64,000 bases of DNA from Candidatus Cloacimonadales bacterium (GCA_963663475.2 CAXXJV010000001.1:1984001-2048000), one strand, 5' to 3'; shown: positions 40,601-49,173, counted from the stretch's first letter. Numbers and translations are program-made. The notes: generated from the sequence alone by a model not told the origin.

Positions 40601-42446
40601 CATTAGTAAGCACTGTTAATAATTCATTATTCCGATATATTTCATAACCAGTTGCATAATCAGAACTCGGTACAGTCCATACTAAATGAACATTATCATT
40701 ATCATAAACACTAGCGATCAGATTGCTTGGAGGGGCTATTGACCCTATAACTATTCTTAGAGAAGAAGAAGGAGAGGATTCAGTTCCTGAATACATAGCG
40801 GTTACATATAAAAGATGCTCACCTTCGCTTAGTGATAAATTCAATTGTGGATTAACTGAAGATGAGTGAAAGTTTCCATTAAGATAGATATTATAACTAT
40901 CAGGTGTTATATCACCTACTAGGGGAGATGGCGACCAAGTAACTTCCACTGTGTTTTCGTTAACTTGATTATAGCTTAGATTAGTAGGTGGGTAGAATAT
41001 ACTTAATTCTACAGTGGCAATATTTGAAAAGCTTGATACTCCCGTATTATAAATTGCCTTTACTGAATAATAATGGACTCCATTAGATACATTACCATCT
41101 GTATAGCTTATAACATTAGGATTGTAGGATCTAGTTAACTCAGAGTAATCCTTATAAATTATATAACCCTGTAAGTCTCTTTGATAACCTGCAGGAAAAT
41201 CCCAGTTCAAAGTAACAGTGTTTGATTGAGTAATCTGAGCAGTAAGATTTTGAGGTGGATTTAATGGTGTCTGACCATCAGGAAGATCAATAGCATCGAG
41301 ATATATTGTATCATCTCCTCCAACAACAGACCCATCTTTAATGTATGACCACTTAAACTGATAAATACCAGGAGTGAGAGCATAGGAAGCATAAGTCCAT
41401 TCACCTTCTCCAAACCACTCATCTTGTTCTACACCATTAATATAGAAAACAGCTCTATCATATTGACCAATTGTTAAATACTCACAAGAAGGTTTAATGA
41501 AGAAAGATATATTGTCGTTTTCTGCAACTTCTAAATCAATTAACATAGAAGATGTCTGATTATGATTAATAAATAATGGTCTTGCTGAATGGGTTCCCTC
41601 ATAAGCTTCATTGCTAGCAATTGTCCAGCCTGCATTTCCTTGAAAATACCAGTTATTGTTAGTAAATCCAGATTCAAAAGATTCATCATATTCATTTAAA
41701 TTGCTGGGTATGATATTAATTAACATTTTCTGGTTATCAACACTAATCAAATGACCATCAATTATTAAATCTGTCAAATTAGTTGTATAATGTTCATAGT
41801 TTCCAATACTGGTAACATATGTGTAACGGTTATCAGCATTAAGTCCATCTATTATTATTTGATAATATCTGTCAACTGAAGGTGCATATCCTTGATATAA
41901 GACAGGCCTACCTAAAGCTAATTGTTGATTGATCATCTGTCTCCAATCAAAAATAGAAGTAGTAGCTAAATCATGCAATTCCATTGAATCAGAATAAGAG
42001 AAATTGTTCTGTAAAGCATCTTGGATATCTTCTAAATTTGAAGTTGTATAATCAATTTCCCAGTCTGATTCTATTGCATAACCTGCTATTGCAATCAATG
42101 CTTGAGTCTCAGGTCTAATTAAAATATTAGACATTCTTTCCCAGTCAAATGAGACTTGCAAATTCTGATTAATATTACCTAAATCATCATCATAATAAAC
42201 TGCTGTGCCATTTCCAATTGATGGATAGTTCCAGAACTTCATGATTTTTGCAGTAGCTAAAGCTCCACTTCCAGCATCAACTCTAGTAGATTGAATAACT
42301 GGACATTGGCCATTCCATGGACCATCAGTATTCCATTGTGATTGAATCATTGGTTCTACTTGCCCAAACAAAGAAGTAAATGCCATTACACAAAAAAGTA
42401 ATGGTAAAACTAAATTTTTTTTCATAAATCCTCCGTAATTTATCAT
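31659..42446 (-). CDS. Giant secreted protein: inactive peptidase C10-like domain + jelly-roll domain + about 35 FN3 repeats + FlgD-Ig/T9SS-type CTD (probable start ATG 42425)
   Basis: 'VEPMIQSQW...N..CP...AGSGALATAKIMKFWNYP' and 'GRPVLY' match streptopain-family layout. Repeated 'L.W......Y.IYRN...Y.D..L.NG.Y.Y.V.A.Y..G.S' FN3 units. 'GNYPNPFNPETTI' CTD. Confidence 0.9.
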   Translation of the reverse strand: MINYGGFMKKNLVLPLLFCVMAFTSLFGQVEPMIQSQWNTDGPWNGQCPVIQSTRVDAGSGALATAKIMKFWNYPSIGNGTAVYYDDDLGNINQNLQVSFDWERMSNILIRPETQALIAIAGYAIESDWEIDYTTSNLEDIQDALQNNFSYSDSMELHDLATTSIFDWRQMINQQLALGRPVLYQGYAPSVDRYYQIIIDGLNADNRYTYVTSIGNYEHYTTNLTDLIIDGHLISVDNQKMLINIIPSNLNEYDESFESGFTNNNWYFQGNAGWTIASNEAYEGTHSARPLFINHNQTSSMLIDLEVAENDNISFFIKPSCEYLTIGQYDRAVFYINGVEQDEWFGEGEWTYASYALTPGIYQFKWSYIKDGSVVGGDDTIYLDAIDLPDGQTPLNPPQNLTAQITQSNTVTLNWDFPAGYQRDLQGYIIYKDYSELTRSYNPNVISYTDGNVSNGVHYYSVKAIYNTGVSSFSNIATVELSIFYPPTNLSYNQVNENTVEVTWSPSPLVGDITPDSYNIYLNGNFHSSSVNPQLNLSLSEGEHLLYVTAMYSGTESSPSSSLRIVIGSIAPPSNLIASVYDNDNVHLVWTVPSSDYATGYEIYRNNELLTVLTNESTNFYNDENLENGSYVYKIRTVYYSLTSGFSLPASVNIMNVEAPINLVSSIVNEVSVQLSWSYGLGADLIEFYKVYRDNQIVASVYNISNPTFFDYNLANGSYEYQVTAVYDGIESDFSETEIVVIDYPYPPRNLSADIQTNNVNLTWDLPAIQGGPSRDLIGYKVYKNGQIISNIYNTGITNYTVFNLENSSYTFGLQALYNSGLSEIVEVEVDIEILYPPYDLAYTLEGNSVSLDWQADSNSGTNLLYRIYRNGSEYANTSETSFTDENLNNGYYEYSVATEYPSGLSEQTSPISFELEILYPVTTFNYEISGNDIILDWERPTLAENERSLIEYELFRNDISIANTTDLSYTDSDLVNGSYEYYVLVHYSSGTSQSSEIQDISLIINYPIAELTSQVENKNNINLNWYKDYNSGDTIENFQVLRNGLLIDTINETSYTDSDLADGSYTYSIIASYINGDSQPVNSDEIQIEYPYLINNLQAIVSDDDINLSWEYPYSGNPIFKIYRNGSYLSQTNQVSFTDEGLANGDYSYYIITSNNSDSGDSEASNAVSAEVSVTYPVTGLEANVINNSIELTWTRPAIASRAFSAYSLYVNESLEQAEINQESFTLTDLANGTYSIYVIANYTNGDSQPSNIVNPYVEVAYSPVNITVTNQDNNVELAWESPIDQLGLSSYSIYRNASFLAETSDLTYNDNALINDTYTYAIRANYTNGQSAPLVSEDLLIDLHYPITNLAVEVDNSNYTLSWQANPLAGSSILEYNIYMADELLATSSDTSYLFTDNPNGRYDLAVKAIYETGQSDLSEEVEAVIDVHYPVHNLTGSVEGNVVTLTWDINSLANNVLEYNVLKDSELIATISEEVFIDSNLANGQYDYQVQAVYINGLSELSSPLPVQVEVLYEPNNLTLSLQDNNVNLTWDEPNEMYRGFLAYKVFKNNQLISSQTQLTYSDSDLVNGTYSYYVKAEYSSGDSQASNAVEAEIEVLYPANSLVLDINEDDVLVSWSPNPMAANSILDFTIYRNNQELTRVNSLSYLDQALANGSYDYYIIANYQSGSSVASQIITGQVEVPYSPENFTYNVEGNNVLLTWDAAPTSSRSFLGYKVYRDEEEIFFDASALSYYDENLINATYDYKLEAIYSTGISQALYANVIVEVLYPPVNFTGQLNDTEITLTWDVNENVGQSILSYSLYRNGDLYANLTDLSYIDSGLANGSYEYYVIADYASASSAASQVLDFNVEITYPVTNLTGQVTDDYVDLAWNMPANSPRALLGYNIYRNDEVIAETQDLTYRDLALANGNYSYYVTALYDAGESQASNSVDLLVEVLYPVENLLASVDSSNVILSWDEIITYPRSFLNYVIYRDEEEIAQVNDLTYTDENLANGSYNYYVKANYTTGISQASNNAEALVEVLYPAQDLQLSVFEDDISLSWNENIMSASSIIDFSIFRNGQDIASSIENEFLDQALANGNYEYSIRVNYQSGSSELCPAQSALVEVPYSPENFTYNVEGNNVLLTWDAAPTSSRSFLGYKVYRDEEEIFFDASALSYYDENLINDTYDYKLEAIYSTGISQAQYANVVVEVLYPLVNFTGQLNDTEITLTWDVNENVGQSILSYSLYRNGDLYANLTDLSYIDSGLANGSYEYYVIADYASASSAASQVLDFNVEITYPVTNLTGQVTDDYVDLAWNMPANSPRALLGYNIYRNDEVIAETQDLTYRDLALANGNYSYYVTALYDAGESQASNSVDLLVEVLYPVENLLASVDSSNVILSWDEIITYPRSFLNYVIYRDEEEIAQVNDLTYTDENLANGSYNYYVKANYTSGLSPASNDVEAFVEVFYPAHTLVGSLDRDEISLNWQAPVSEARGLIGYNIYRNDQFIASSNDLSYVDSFLANGSYNYYVTAAYSGGESIPTNTLDFEIEITYPASSLIAQVEDNNVSLTWELPATSAQIRTFRGYLIYRNGAIATLIDNPQTLTWTDYALANGDYDYYVKAVYDAGISIESNTVSVNIYLAPELLAPTNLQVFVENDSDVQLTWDIPSELATGYMIYRNNELVTSITDNFFWDYSLPNGTYQYYVKAIYAEGISSPSLSVVANIASADVPSNLTATIVNENDVSLTWDNPSNGETAFIINRNGQEIAYLSDVSQNQYTDENLVNAQHTYTIRAVYNNLVSELSNPAYADVMKAHIPLIVDYQSNDDSISLTWEDYSAWGRLVDYSVFKNGQEVTTTSNTYYNESDLANGIYELSVKANYDFASSEQSQPVTFNILQPQLVNNLTTSITDNGIELNWDYPQDLGLISAYKILRNDIVVGQTQANNFLDVNLANGEYSYQVMTYYNDSVENPLTEAVNQTYILAYPVQDLTTSIEAEDIVLSWLAPNDTYGLLNYAIYRNDEFITDLASSESNYIDINPENGLYQYSVKSIYQGGNEESVNSQAISLLIPVSPTNLAISSSEENTSLIWDYTGGDYDFISFEIYNDSELLASTSENTYSLDLANGDYNFSVKTIYSSSQSQASEILAYELIKTYPVTDTSYELIVSDLEISWQLPADTFGLESITLTRETSQLARFEVVLEANTTTYLDQAIANGIYDYTITANYNSEIEADETVDISNVMIYNAYPVTNLNIASIGNDLTLSWDQPQDTFGFVSYEVYQNNVFVDSTEDTSYVFTDQVNGLYSFMVKSIYIDDNEIASENLEYTLIIAYPVENSTIETIDNDIIISWDNPSDVYGLESFTLLNGQEVITETNSLSYTIINADNGVYDFSLRANYSTSEYAETLFAPDYLKLIPHQVISVDVNFTNPLPEISWIQAEDTYGLVGYNVYSLTADQISETDTWTVIDTLVSESAIEDNVTQLENGDYYWAVISVYRNTLNGLTIYSEAKLSDIITDNHPHEVVSTTTIQGNYPNPFNPETTINYQIATDSHVSLYVYNIKGQLVKKLVNSNLQSGKHKVSWTGRDDNGKAVASGIYFFRLVNNGKIKVHKAILMK
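35150..37404. repeat. Recent intragenic duplication, offset 1275 bp (425 aa, 5 FN3 units)
   Basis: About 35150-36129 is near-identical to about 36425-37404 (35161 matches 36436; 36121 matches 37396). Confidence 0.9.
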
Positions 42447-42751
42447 AAATAAGTCTATAATTACAAATATATTAATACTTATGCAAATTTAATTCCTTTA
42501 AATAATATATTTATAAATTATTTACATTAATAGTTAATATTTGTTAAGAAAGTGCTATTTATCTTAATTAGCTACTAACAAAATATCATCAAGTGATAGT
42601 TTAACCCAAAATGTTTAACCAACTATTTCAAATAATGTAATCTTTATCTACATTATTTTCTTTATAGTCTATTGGGGGTCTATTAGGGATTCATTATTTC
42701 TTTATTAGTTGTTCATTGGGTAGATGCATAATCGTCATGCACTAGTAGAAT

Positions 42752-42773
42752 AAAAAAGCCCCTAAAAAGGGGC
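42752..42773 (-). terminator. Intrinsic terminator
   Basis: gcccct-aaaa-aggggc hairpin followed by a 6-U tract on the minus strand. Confidence 0.75.
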
Positions 42774-42793
42774 CTTAGAGGGAAGCTTATTTT

Positions 42794-45469
42794 TTATTTG
42801 AGTAGTATCATTTTCTTGCTTGAAGAATATTTACCACTTTTCATTTTGTAGAAATATATTCCAGATGTAACTGTTTTATTCTTATCATCTCTACCATTCC
42901 AGATTACTGAATGATTTCCACTTTCTTGAACTTGATCAATGAGTGTTCTTACTTTTTGTCCCTTAATGTTGTAGATAATAATACTAACATTTTGACTTGC
43001 TTTAAGAGAATACTTTATCCTTGTTTCAGGATTAAATGGATTTGGATAGTTACCAGCAAGTTGGGTAATGGCAGATAAATCACTTACATCATTACTTACT
43101 ATATTTATCAGCAGACTATTTGATGAATCAGTATAACTACCATCTTCGTATCTTCCAACAAGCCAGAGACTTGACTCTCCTGCTGCAAGAGTTAAAGAAG
43201 TGAGTGGGTATTGGGTTTGACTAAGCGGTAAATCATGATAATATACCATGTTTGGCTCAGATTCATTTTCCCATGCTATACTATATCCTTCAAAGCTTTG
43301 TGTTGGTGAATCTTGAACATCAGAAGAACATGGATTCCACATTAATATATCTCCTACTAATCTTAAATTACTTGGGTATAAGAGATGACTTTCGGTCTGA
43401 TAAGCAATTTCTGTGTTTGCCTGAAGATTAAGAAGTTTTTCTTGGTTTAGGTTTTCTGTATATGAATTAATGCTTGCATAAAAGTCAGAATATTCTGTAA
43501 CACGAGGGTTAACTGATAGGGGAGAGATATCTCCAGTATATTCGTTCATCGTAGAAGTTTCCATATCCCATGGTGAATCAAGAATTTTCATAAGGACCTT
43601 CACCGCAATTTCTTGACCAGCTATATCTTTCCCATAAGAACCTAATACTTCACAAGCATTAGAATAGAGGTTGTAGGATCCATCAATGAAAGTAACTTGG
43701 TGGTTATCAAAAGTCTCACCAATTTGAGCATCGTTTTTCAAATAAAGGTATTCTTGATCGAAAGTAACAGTTTCCCAGCCACTAGGGCCATATTTTTGAT
43801 AGCCTACAAGCATTAGTTCATTGTTGTCATTCTCATAAACTAATTGCTTAACTTCTTCAGTAAAGAATTCATCCTTAAGAATAGGGGTAACATCATTCCC
43901 ATTTACCTCAATATTCTCATAAGTCTTAAAGACTTTTTCTCTAGTTTCAGAATTAAAATTAAGTGAAATTTCTTCATTCTGGTTATCATCATTCAAGGAA
44001 ATGATAGTTTGCTCATCAAAAGGACCATAATAACAATGACCAAAATAATATTGACCATCTAATTCATAATAACCTATGATAGTGAAAGTTATTGGATTCT
44101 CAAAGATTATTTCATAAGACTGTTCAATACTATCAAGATGATAGTCAGTCATTTCCATACTATTTAAGTCTCTAATTCTAAGACTGTAGGAAACTTGTTC
44201 AGTAATCTCACTAGTAATATTAACTGAAAGTGTGTATTCATCATTTTCACTAGCAATAGGAAGATAAACAACTGTTCCTAAACTAGGATTATCATTTGAA
44301 TCAAATATGGTCTCAGCAATTTCAGAAACATCACTAGTTCCCCAGTAATTATTCTTAGCTAAAATATTGATAGAAGAATTAATATTGTTCAATATTACAC
44401 TGTTATTGGCTCCATTAACATCAATATTATCTTGAATTGTATTTAATCCATAAGCATAGGGATGATTCATCTCAGGAGCTCCAATAACTGGTTGAGCTCC
44501 TACGGTAAGATAGATTCCACCATAATTACCTGAAATTAAGTTTCCAGCTATGTAAGGTGTTGCTCCACCTCCATAACACATAATGCCAGCTCCTGAATTC
44601 ATATCACCTTCAATATGATTATTGATGATTTGGTTATCATATAAGGTTCCTGAGCAATTATAGAAATAAACACCAGTATAATTTTCAGCAATAATATTAT
44701 CAAAGATTTGTGCATTAATACCATTTGAAGAGAACATATCTACACATGTAATACCTTGATAATGATTATTATGAATATTGTTTTCAGTGATAGTTGGAGT
44801 AACAGGCATACCAGTAGTTTGAATACTCACTTGGATAGCACCTCTAAATTGAGGACCAGTTCCATTGCCTGTAATCTCATTATTTATAATCATAACATTG
44901 CTTGATTCTGCTATCAAAATACCACTCTTGACACTGTTTTCTATCAAATTACCCTCGATATGTACTGCTGGTGGGTTTGTATTGCCTATAGCAAAAACAT
45001 GTATAGCTTCATCATTATATGTGAAATGTGAATTAGTAATATTGACTGGAGAATTGATAGAATTTATTCCATTCTCTGCATTTTGAAAAAAACAATAATC
45101 GAAAAGATTAGGGTCTTGACCCTCATACTCAAGTCTGATACCCTGGTGGCTAACACTAGTGTCATCACTACTAGCTTTAAAAGTTATCATTGAATCTTGA
45201 TTACCTAGAGCAATAATTCTGCCCTGAGCGGTAATTTGATAATCTCCTGAAAAGAGGACTTCAACTCCTTCTTCAATTTCTAAACTGGAATCAAGTGGAA
45301 TAGTAATATCACCAGTAACATTGTATGGCGAATTTGCAAGTGACCAGACGCCACTTTGATTTCCACTAACATCAAGTGCCTGCGAACATAAAGCAAGCAT
45401 TAATATAAATAAAATACCCACAAATTTCTTCATTTTAAATCTCCCATTAATAGTCTTATAGTATTTCAT
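42794..45469 (-). CDS. Secreted parallel beta-helix protein with FlgD-Ig/T9SS-type CTD (probable start ATG 45433)
   Basis: 'GVWSLANSPYNVTGDITIP', Asn-ladder PbH repeats, 'AKNNYWG', 'GNYPNPFNPET' CTD. Confidence 0.85.
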   Translation of the reverse strand: MKYYKTINGRFKMKKFVGILFILMLALCSQALDVSGNQSGVWSLANSPYNVTGDITIPLDSSLEIEEGVEVLFSGDYQITAQGRIIALGNQDSMITFKASSDDTSVSHQGIRLEYEGQDPNLFDYCFFQNAENGINSINSPVNITNSHFTYNDEAIHVFAIGNTNPPAVHIEGNLIENSVKSGILIAESSNVMIINNEITGNGTGPQFRGAIQVSIQTTGMPVTPTITENNIHNNHYQGITCVDMFSSNGINAQIFDNIIAENYTGVYFYNCSGTLYDNQIINNHIEGDMNSGAGIMCYGGGATPYIAGNLISGNYGGIYLTVGAQPVIGAPEMNHPYAYGLNTIQDNIDVNGANNSVILNNINSSINILAKNNYWGTSDVSEIAETIFDSNDNPSLGTVVYLPIASENDEYTLSVNITSEITEQVSYSLRIRDLNSMEMTDYHLDSIEQSYEIIFENPITFTIIGYYELDGQYYFGHCYYGPFDEQTIISLNDDNQNEEISLNFNSETREKVFKTYENIEVNGNDVTPILKDEFFTEEVKQLVYENDNNELMLVGYQKYGPSGWETVTFDQEYLYLKNDAQIGETFDNHQVTFIDGSYNLYSNACEVLGSYGKDIAGQEIAVKVLMKILDSPWDMETSTMNEYTGDISPLSVNPRVTEYSDFYASINSYTENLNQEKLLNLQANTEIAYQTESHLLYPSNLRLVGDILMWNPCSSDVQDSPTQSFEGYSIAWENESEPNMVYYHDLPLSQTQYPLTSLTLAAGESSLWLVGRYEDGSYTDSSNSLLINIVSNDVSDLSAITQLAGNYPNPFNPETRIKYSLKASQNVSIIIYNIKGQKVRTLIDQVQESGNHSVIWNGRDDKNKTVTSGIYFYKMKSGKYSSSKKMILLK

Positions 45470-45578
45470 AACAATAATAAAATCTAGATAAAAACTGTAA
45501 ATTAATTTTTTTAGTATTTTCGATAAATCAAAATATCAGCTTGACAAAGATCTTTAGTAGATTATCTTATATTTAAGA

Positions 45579-47513
45579 TTGGATATCGGAGGAAGCTTGG
45601 ACTATCAGAGATTATATAATGAATTAAATGATTATCTAATAAAACATGATAAAGATACTTATCTTAAAAGATATAATGAATTAATTAAATCTGTTCCTGA
45701 TAACAGTCAAGAATATGTGGAAATGCTCTTAATAAAGCTTTCTTATTCAATTATTTATGAGGCAGACTATCACGCAATCGAAGCCTTCATTAATAAAGTT
45801 GAAACCCAAGTAAAAAGCTATGGCTCGGATATCCAAAAGATAAAATTTTCCATTAATAAGGGTGTTGTTTATGGAAGATTAGAACAATTTGATAAAGCAC
45901 TTGCTGTATATAATCAAGTATTAACTCTCTGTAATGATAGTAAGTTTAATTCATATAAGGTTTCCACTTTAATAAATATTGGAGTTGTCTATAATAAGCG
46001 ATACCAATATATTAAATCATTGAGATTCTTTCTGACTGCCTACTCAATAAATGTTAACTCTGAATCTCCTGTTAAACATACATCCATTCTAGCTAATTTA
46101 GGAGTTATTTATCTCAATATTCAAGAATACGAAAAGGCTGTTTATTACTTCGAATTATGTTTAAAAACCTTAGCTGATTCAAGAAAATATACCCTTCCTG
46201 CCTTATATAATAACTTAATTCTAGCTTATAGTAAAATAGGTGATTTTGCCAAAGCTCAAGCAATAATTACTAAAGCTGAGCAATCCATAAATACCTACAA
46301 TCAAGTCAATTTACTAGCCTATAAAAGGTCTTTAGCAGAGTATTATTTTGACTCTGGAGATTTAGCATCATCAGCAGAATGCTATCTTTATCTAATAAGC
46401 AATTCAGAACCTAAGTTATCTAATGCTATAGCAGAGTATAAAATAGCCTTGGCTAAGACATACTTGCTACAGGATAAGCTAGACCAATGCAAAAACTTGC
46501 TAGATGAAATTACCACTATGGGTGACTTTAGTGAGATTCTTAAAGAACAAATTGATTTTTTACGTCTCCAAGCTGAATTTTATCAGAAACTTGGAGACTA
46601 TCAAAAAGCATATGAATTCTCTCAAGAAATAATAAAACTAAATGATGATAATTACTTAAATTTGCAGGCAGAAATTATGGATGGTTTAACAGAACCCATC
46701 GTCTCAGATGTTGAAGATATTTCTTCTGTCGCTTATAGGGAAAAAATTAATGATTTAGAAGCTATGAATACAGAACTTATCTCCAAAGAAAAGCTCTTAG
46801 TTGAATCCCTAAATGAGCTTAAAAAAGAATCTAATCTCAGAGAAAAAATAATCTCTATCATTACCCATGATATTAGATCTCCCATAGGTAATATTATCCA
46901 ACTTTTTGAAATGTTAGATGAACTTGATGCACTGGAAGAAGAAGAAACTCTTAAGGAAATTATTCAAGCTATGAAGCAAACATATGCCTTAACAGACGAA
47001 CTTGTACACTGGGCTAAAGATATTATTTCTCAGAAACAAGCCAGATTGGTAAATCTTGAAATTGAAAAAGTAATTGATAATTGCCAACAAGTCCTAAAGC
47101 ATCAACTGCAGAAGAAACATATTAGCTTAAATAAAGAAATTGCAACTAAAGACTTAATTTATGGACATCAAGCTACTATAGAAACTTGTTTTAGAAATAT
47201 CATTTCTAATGCTATTAAGTATTCCAATGAATTCTCAGATATTGATATTATTGCCGAAACTAAAGATGAAAAGATTTCTTTTATAATAAAAGATTATGGC
47301 AAAGGGATGTCACAAGAAGAAGTTGCTAAGATATTTGATTATAACAAAGTATCTACCCTAGGTACTAATATGGAAGATGGGATTGGGATAGGACTATTAT
47401 TAGTTAAGGAACTTGTTGATAAAAATAATGGAACTATTGAGTGTAAATCACAATTAGGCCAAGGTACAGTATTTACTTTAACCTTCCCAAAAGTAATAAA
47501 TAAAAACACCTAG
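45579..47513 (+). CDS. TPR-repeat sensor histidine kinase
   Basis: TPR helices ('NIGVVY', 'NLGVIY'), H-box 'THDIRSP', 'NIISNAIKYS', 'DYGKGM', 'GIGIGL'. Confidence 0.92.
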   Translation: MDIGGSLDYQRLYNELNDYLIKHDKDTYLKRYNELIKSVPDNSQEYVEMLLIKLSYSIIYEADYHAIEAFINKVETQVKSYGSDIQKIKFSINKGVVYGRLEQFDKALAVYNQVLTLCNDSKFNSYKVSTLINIGVVYNKRYQYIKSLRFFLTAYSINVNSESPVKHTSILANLGVIYLNIQEYEKAVYYFELCLKTLADSRKYTLPALYNNLILAYSKIGDFAKAQAIITKAEQSINTYNQVNLLAYKRSLAEYYFDSGDLASSAECYLYLISNSEPKLSNAIAEYKIALAKTYLLQDKLDQCKNLLDEITTMGDFSEILKEQIDFLRLQAEFYQKLGDYQKAYEFSQEIIKLNDDNYLNLQAEIMDGLTEPIVSDVEDISSVAYREKINDLEAMNTELISKEKLLVESLNELKKESNLREKIISIITHDIRSPIGNIIQLFEMLDELDALEEEETLKEIIQAMKQTYALTDELVHWAKDIISQKQARLVNLEIEKVIDNCQQVLKHQLQKKHISLNKEIATKDLIYGHQATIETCFRNIISNAIKYSNEFSDIDIIAETKDEKISFIIKDYGKGMSQEEVAKIFDYNKVSTLGTNMEDGIGIGLLLVKELVDKNNGTIECKSQLGQGTVFTLTFPKVINKNT

Positions 47514-47674
47514 AATAAATGATATTCAGTTTTATGACTTTGAACAAAATGACAAATTGGTGAAGAAAAGCCTGACTCTATAGATGTGATTAGATTCTAA
47601 ATATTGGTAATAAAACAGATAAGACAAGATAGATTACTTTTATAAATAATTACCCTGTCTTATCTACCCAATAA

Positions 47675-48526
47675 TTACCAACCCCTAGTTTTTTTCATCT
47701 GCTCTCTATTATATCTCTCTTGTTTTTCTTTCCACCTAGTCTGCTCTTCTGCTCTTCTTCTTGAATCATTAGTAATCTTCTGACTTGCAGAATTACTTGA
47801 AGTTGCTGAAGCTGATGATGAACTTGGTCCATCAGATGCCTTAATAAGAAAAGTCAATACCATTAATCCTATCACAAATGCGGCAATTATACCCAGAACA
47901 ATACCTAAACCTACAAGCAAATAAGTTACTGCTGTAGTAAAAAGAAAGGCTAAAACAATACCAATAATCGCATGAATTATTTGATAAGGAATAGTGTAAA
48001 GAGCCATAAGCTTGAAAACTATCACTTCTCTGATTATTGCCCAAATAGCACTTAATATTAAAAAGTTAAGGCATGACCACAAAAGCCAAGTTACCCAGTG
48101 TTGATTAAGTGGAAGCTCCATTAAGTTGAAATTCCCAAAAAAGTAATATAGTCTATCATACCAGAATGTGAAGAGAATCGCAACAATAAATGAAAAAATA
48201 ATCCAAAACAAATGATACCAGTTCTCCTTATCTTTAAGTTTATCTTCTATTGCTTTAGGAAAAGCCTCTCTTATCGAACCCTCTATCATAATGAAAGCAA
48301 ACCAGATAATAATCATGGCTACTACTGAAACCCAAAAACGCCAATGTTTCCAACTGACAAAATCTTGCAGATAATCAAACAACTGATTTATATTAGAAAT
48401 GCGTAAAACTTGAGTAAATGTGGGAAAATCTTTCTGACTCTCTACTAGCTTGTGAACAAGGCTATTCTCTGCAAAACAGGCAAATATACTTACTAATAAT
48501 ACAAGAATAATAATAAATTTTTTCAT
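47675..48526 (-). CDS. Hypothetical membrane protein with Ser-rich, charged C-terminal tail
   Basis: Signal peptide, about 5 hydrophobic segments, AAGGA RBS. Confidence 0.7.
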   Translation of the reverse strand: MKKFIIILVLLVSIFACFAENSLVHKLVESQKDFPTFTQVLRISNINQLFDYLQDFVSWKHWRFWVSVVAMIIIWFAFIMIEGSIREAFPKAIEDKLKDKENWYHLFWIIFSFIVAILFTFWYDRLYYFFGNFNLMELPLNQHWVTWLLWSCLNFLILSAIWAIIREVIVFKLMALYTIPYQIIHAIIGIVLAFLFTTAVTYLLVGLGIVLGIIAAFVIGLMVLTFLIKASDGPSSSSASATSSNSASQKITNDSRRRAEEQTRWKEKQERYNREQMKKTRGW

Positions 48527-48669
48527 TAAATAGTCCTTTTGTTTTTTGCCAATAAGGCTAATTGATATACACCAAATTTTAGTATGTTAAATATTTTAGT
48601 TTTATAATATATGCCTAGATGCAATAGTGTCAAGTGAAAATAATCTTACTCCTATTCCATGCCCAAGGA

Positions 48670-49173
48670 CAGACTGTTCAACCATCAAGCCATCTTCTTC
48701 ACTAGTTTATCCTTAAAGAAATAAAACATATTGCCCTTCTTTAGGGTATCTTGACATTATATCAGGATAGCTTTTAGTTAAGATTGCCTCTTCAATCGGA
48801 TGGGGGAGATTCTGTCAACACTCTGACATCCCTAGGGATTGATCTTGATTGGCCAATAATAGATAAAAACATAAAGATTAAGATTATTTATCACATTTCC
48901 CACTTTACTTTGGAGAGAACCCTATTTTATTTCACAAAAATTACTGAAAAAAAAACTATATTCTCCTCTATTCATCCTTAATCCTTCCTTTACAGTCTTT
49001 CGATGAAACTGGGACTTTCATCGAAAGACTGTAAAGGAAGGATTAAGGATGATAAGGGTATTGATATGTAAGCCAATTTGCATATCATAAGCAAATTTAT
49101 ATAAAAAATGCAATAATTGAGCTCTTTTAAAATCTAAAGTATAAAATATCACTTGATTATTTTAAACAGTCTC
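48670..49173. mobile_element. About 500-bp GAGACTGTT-type MITE (inverted relative to 31157-31554) carrying the palindrome
   Basis: agactgttcaa at 48671 and tttaaacagtctc ending 49173. About 70 bp at each end align with the 31.1-31.5 kb copy. Confidence 0.7.
48972..49052. repeat. Perfect 37-bp palindrome with 7-nt loop (copy 3 of 3)
   Basis: TCATCCTTAATCCTTCCTTTACAGTCTTTCGATGAAA-ctgggac-exact reverse complement. Confidence 0.95.
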
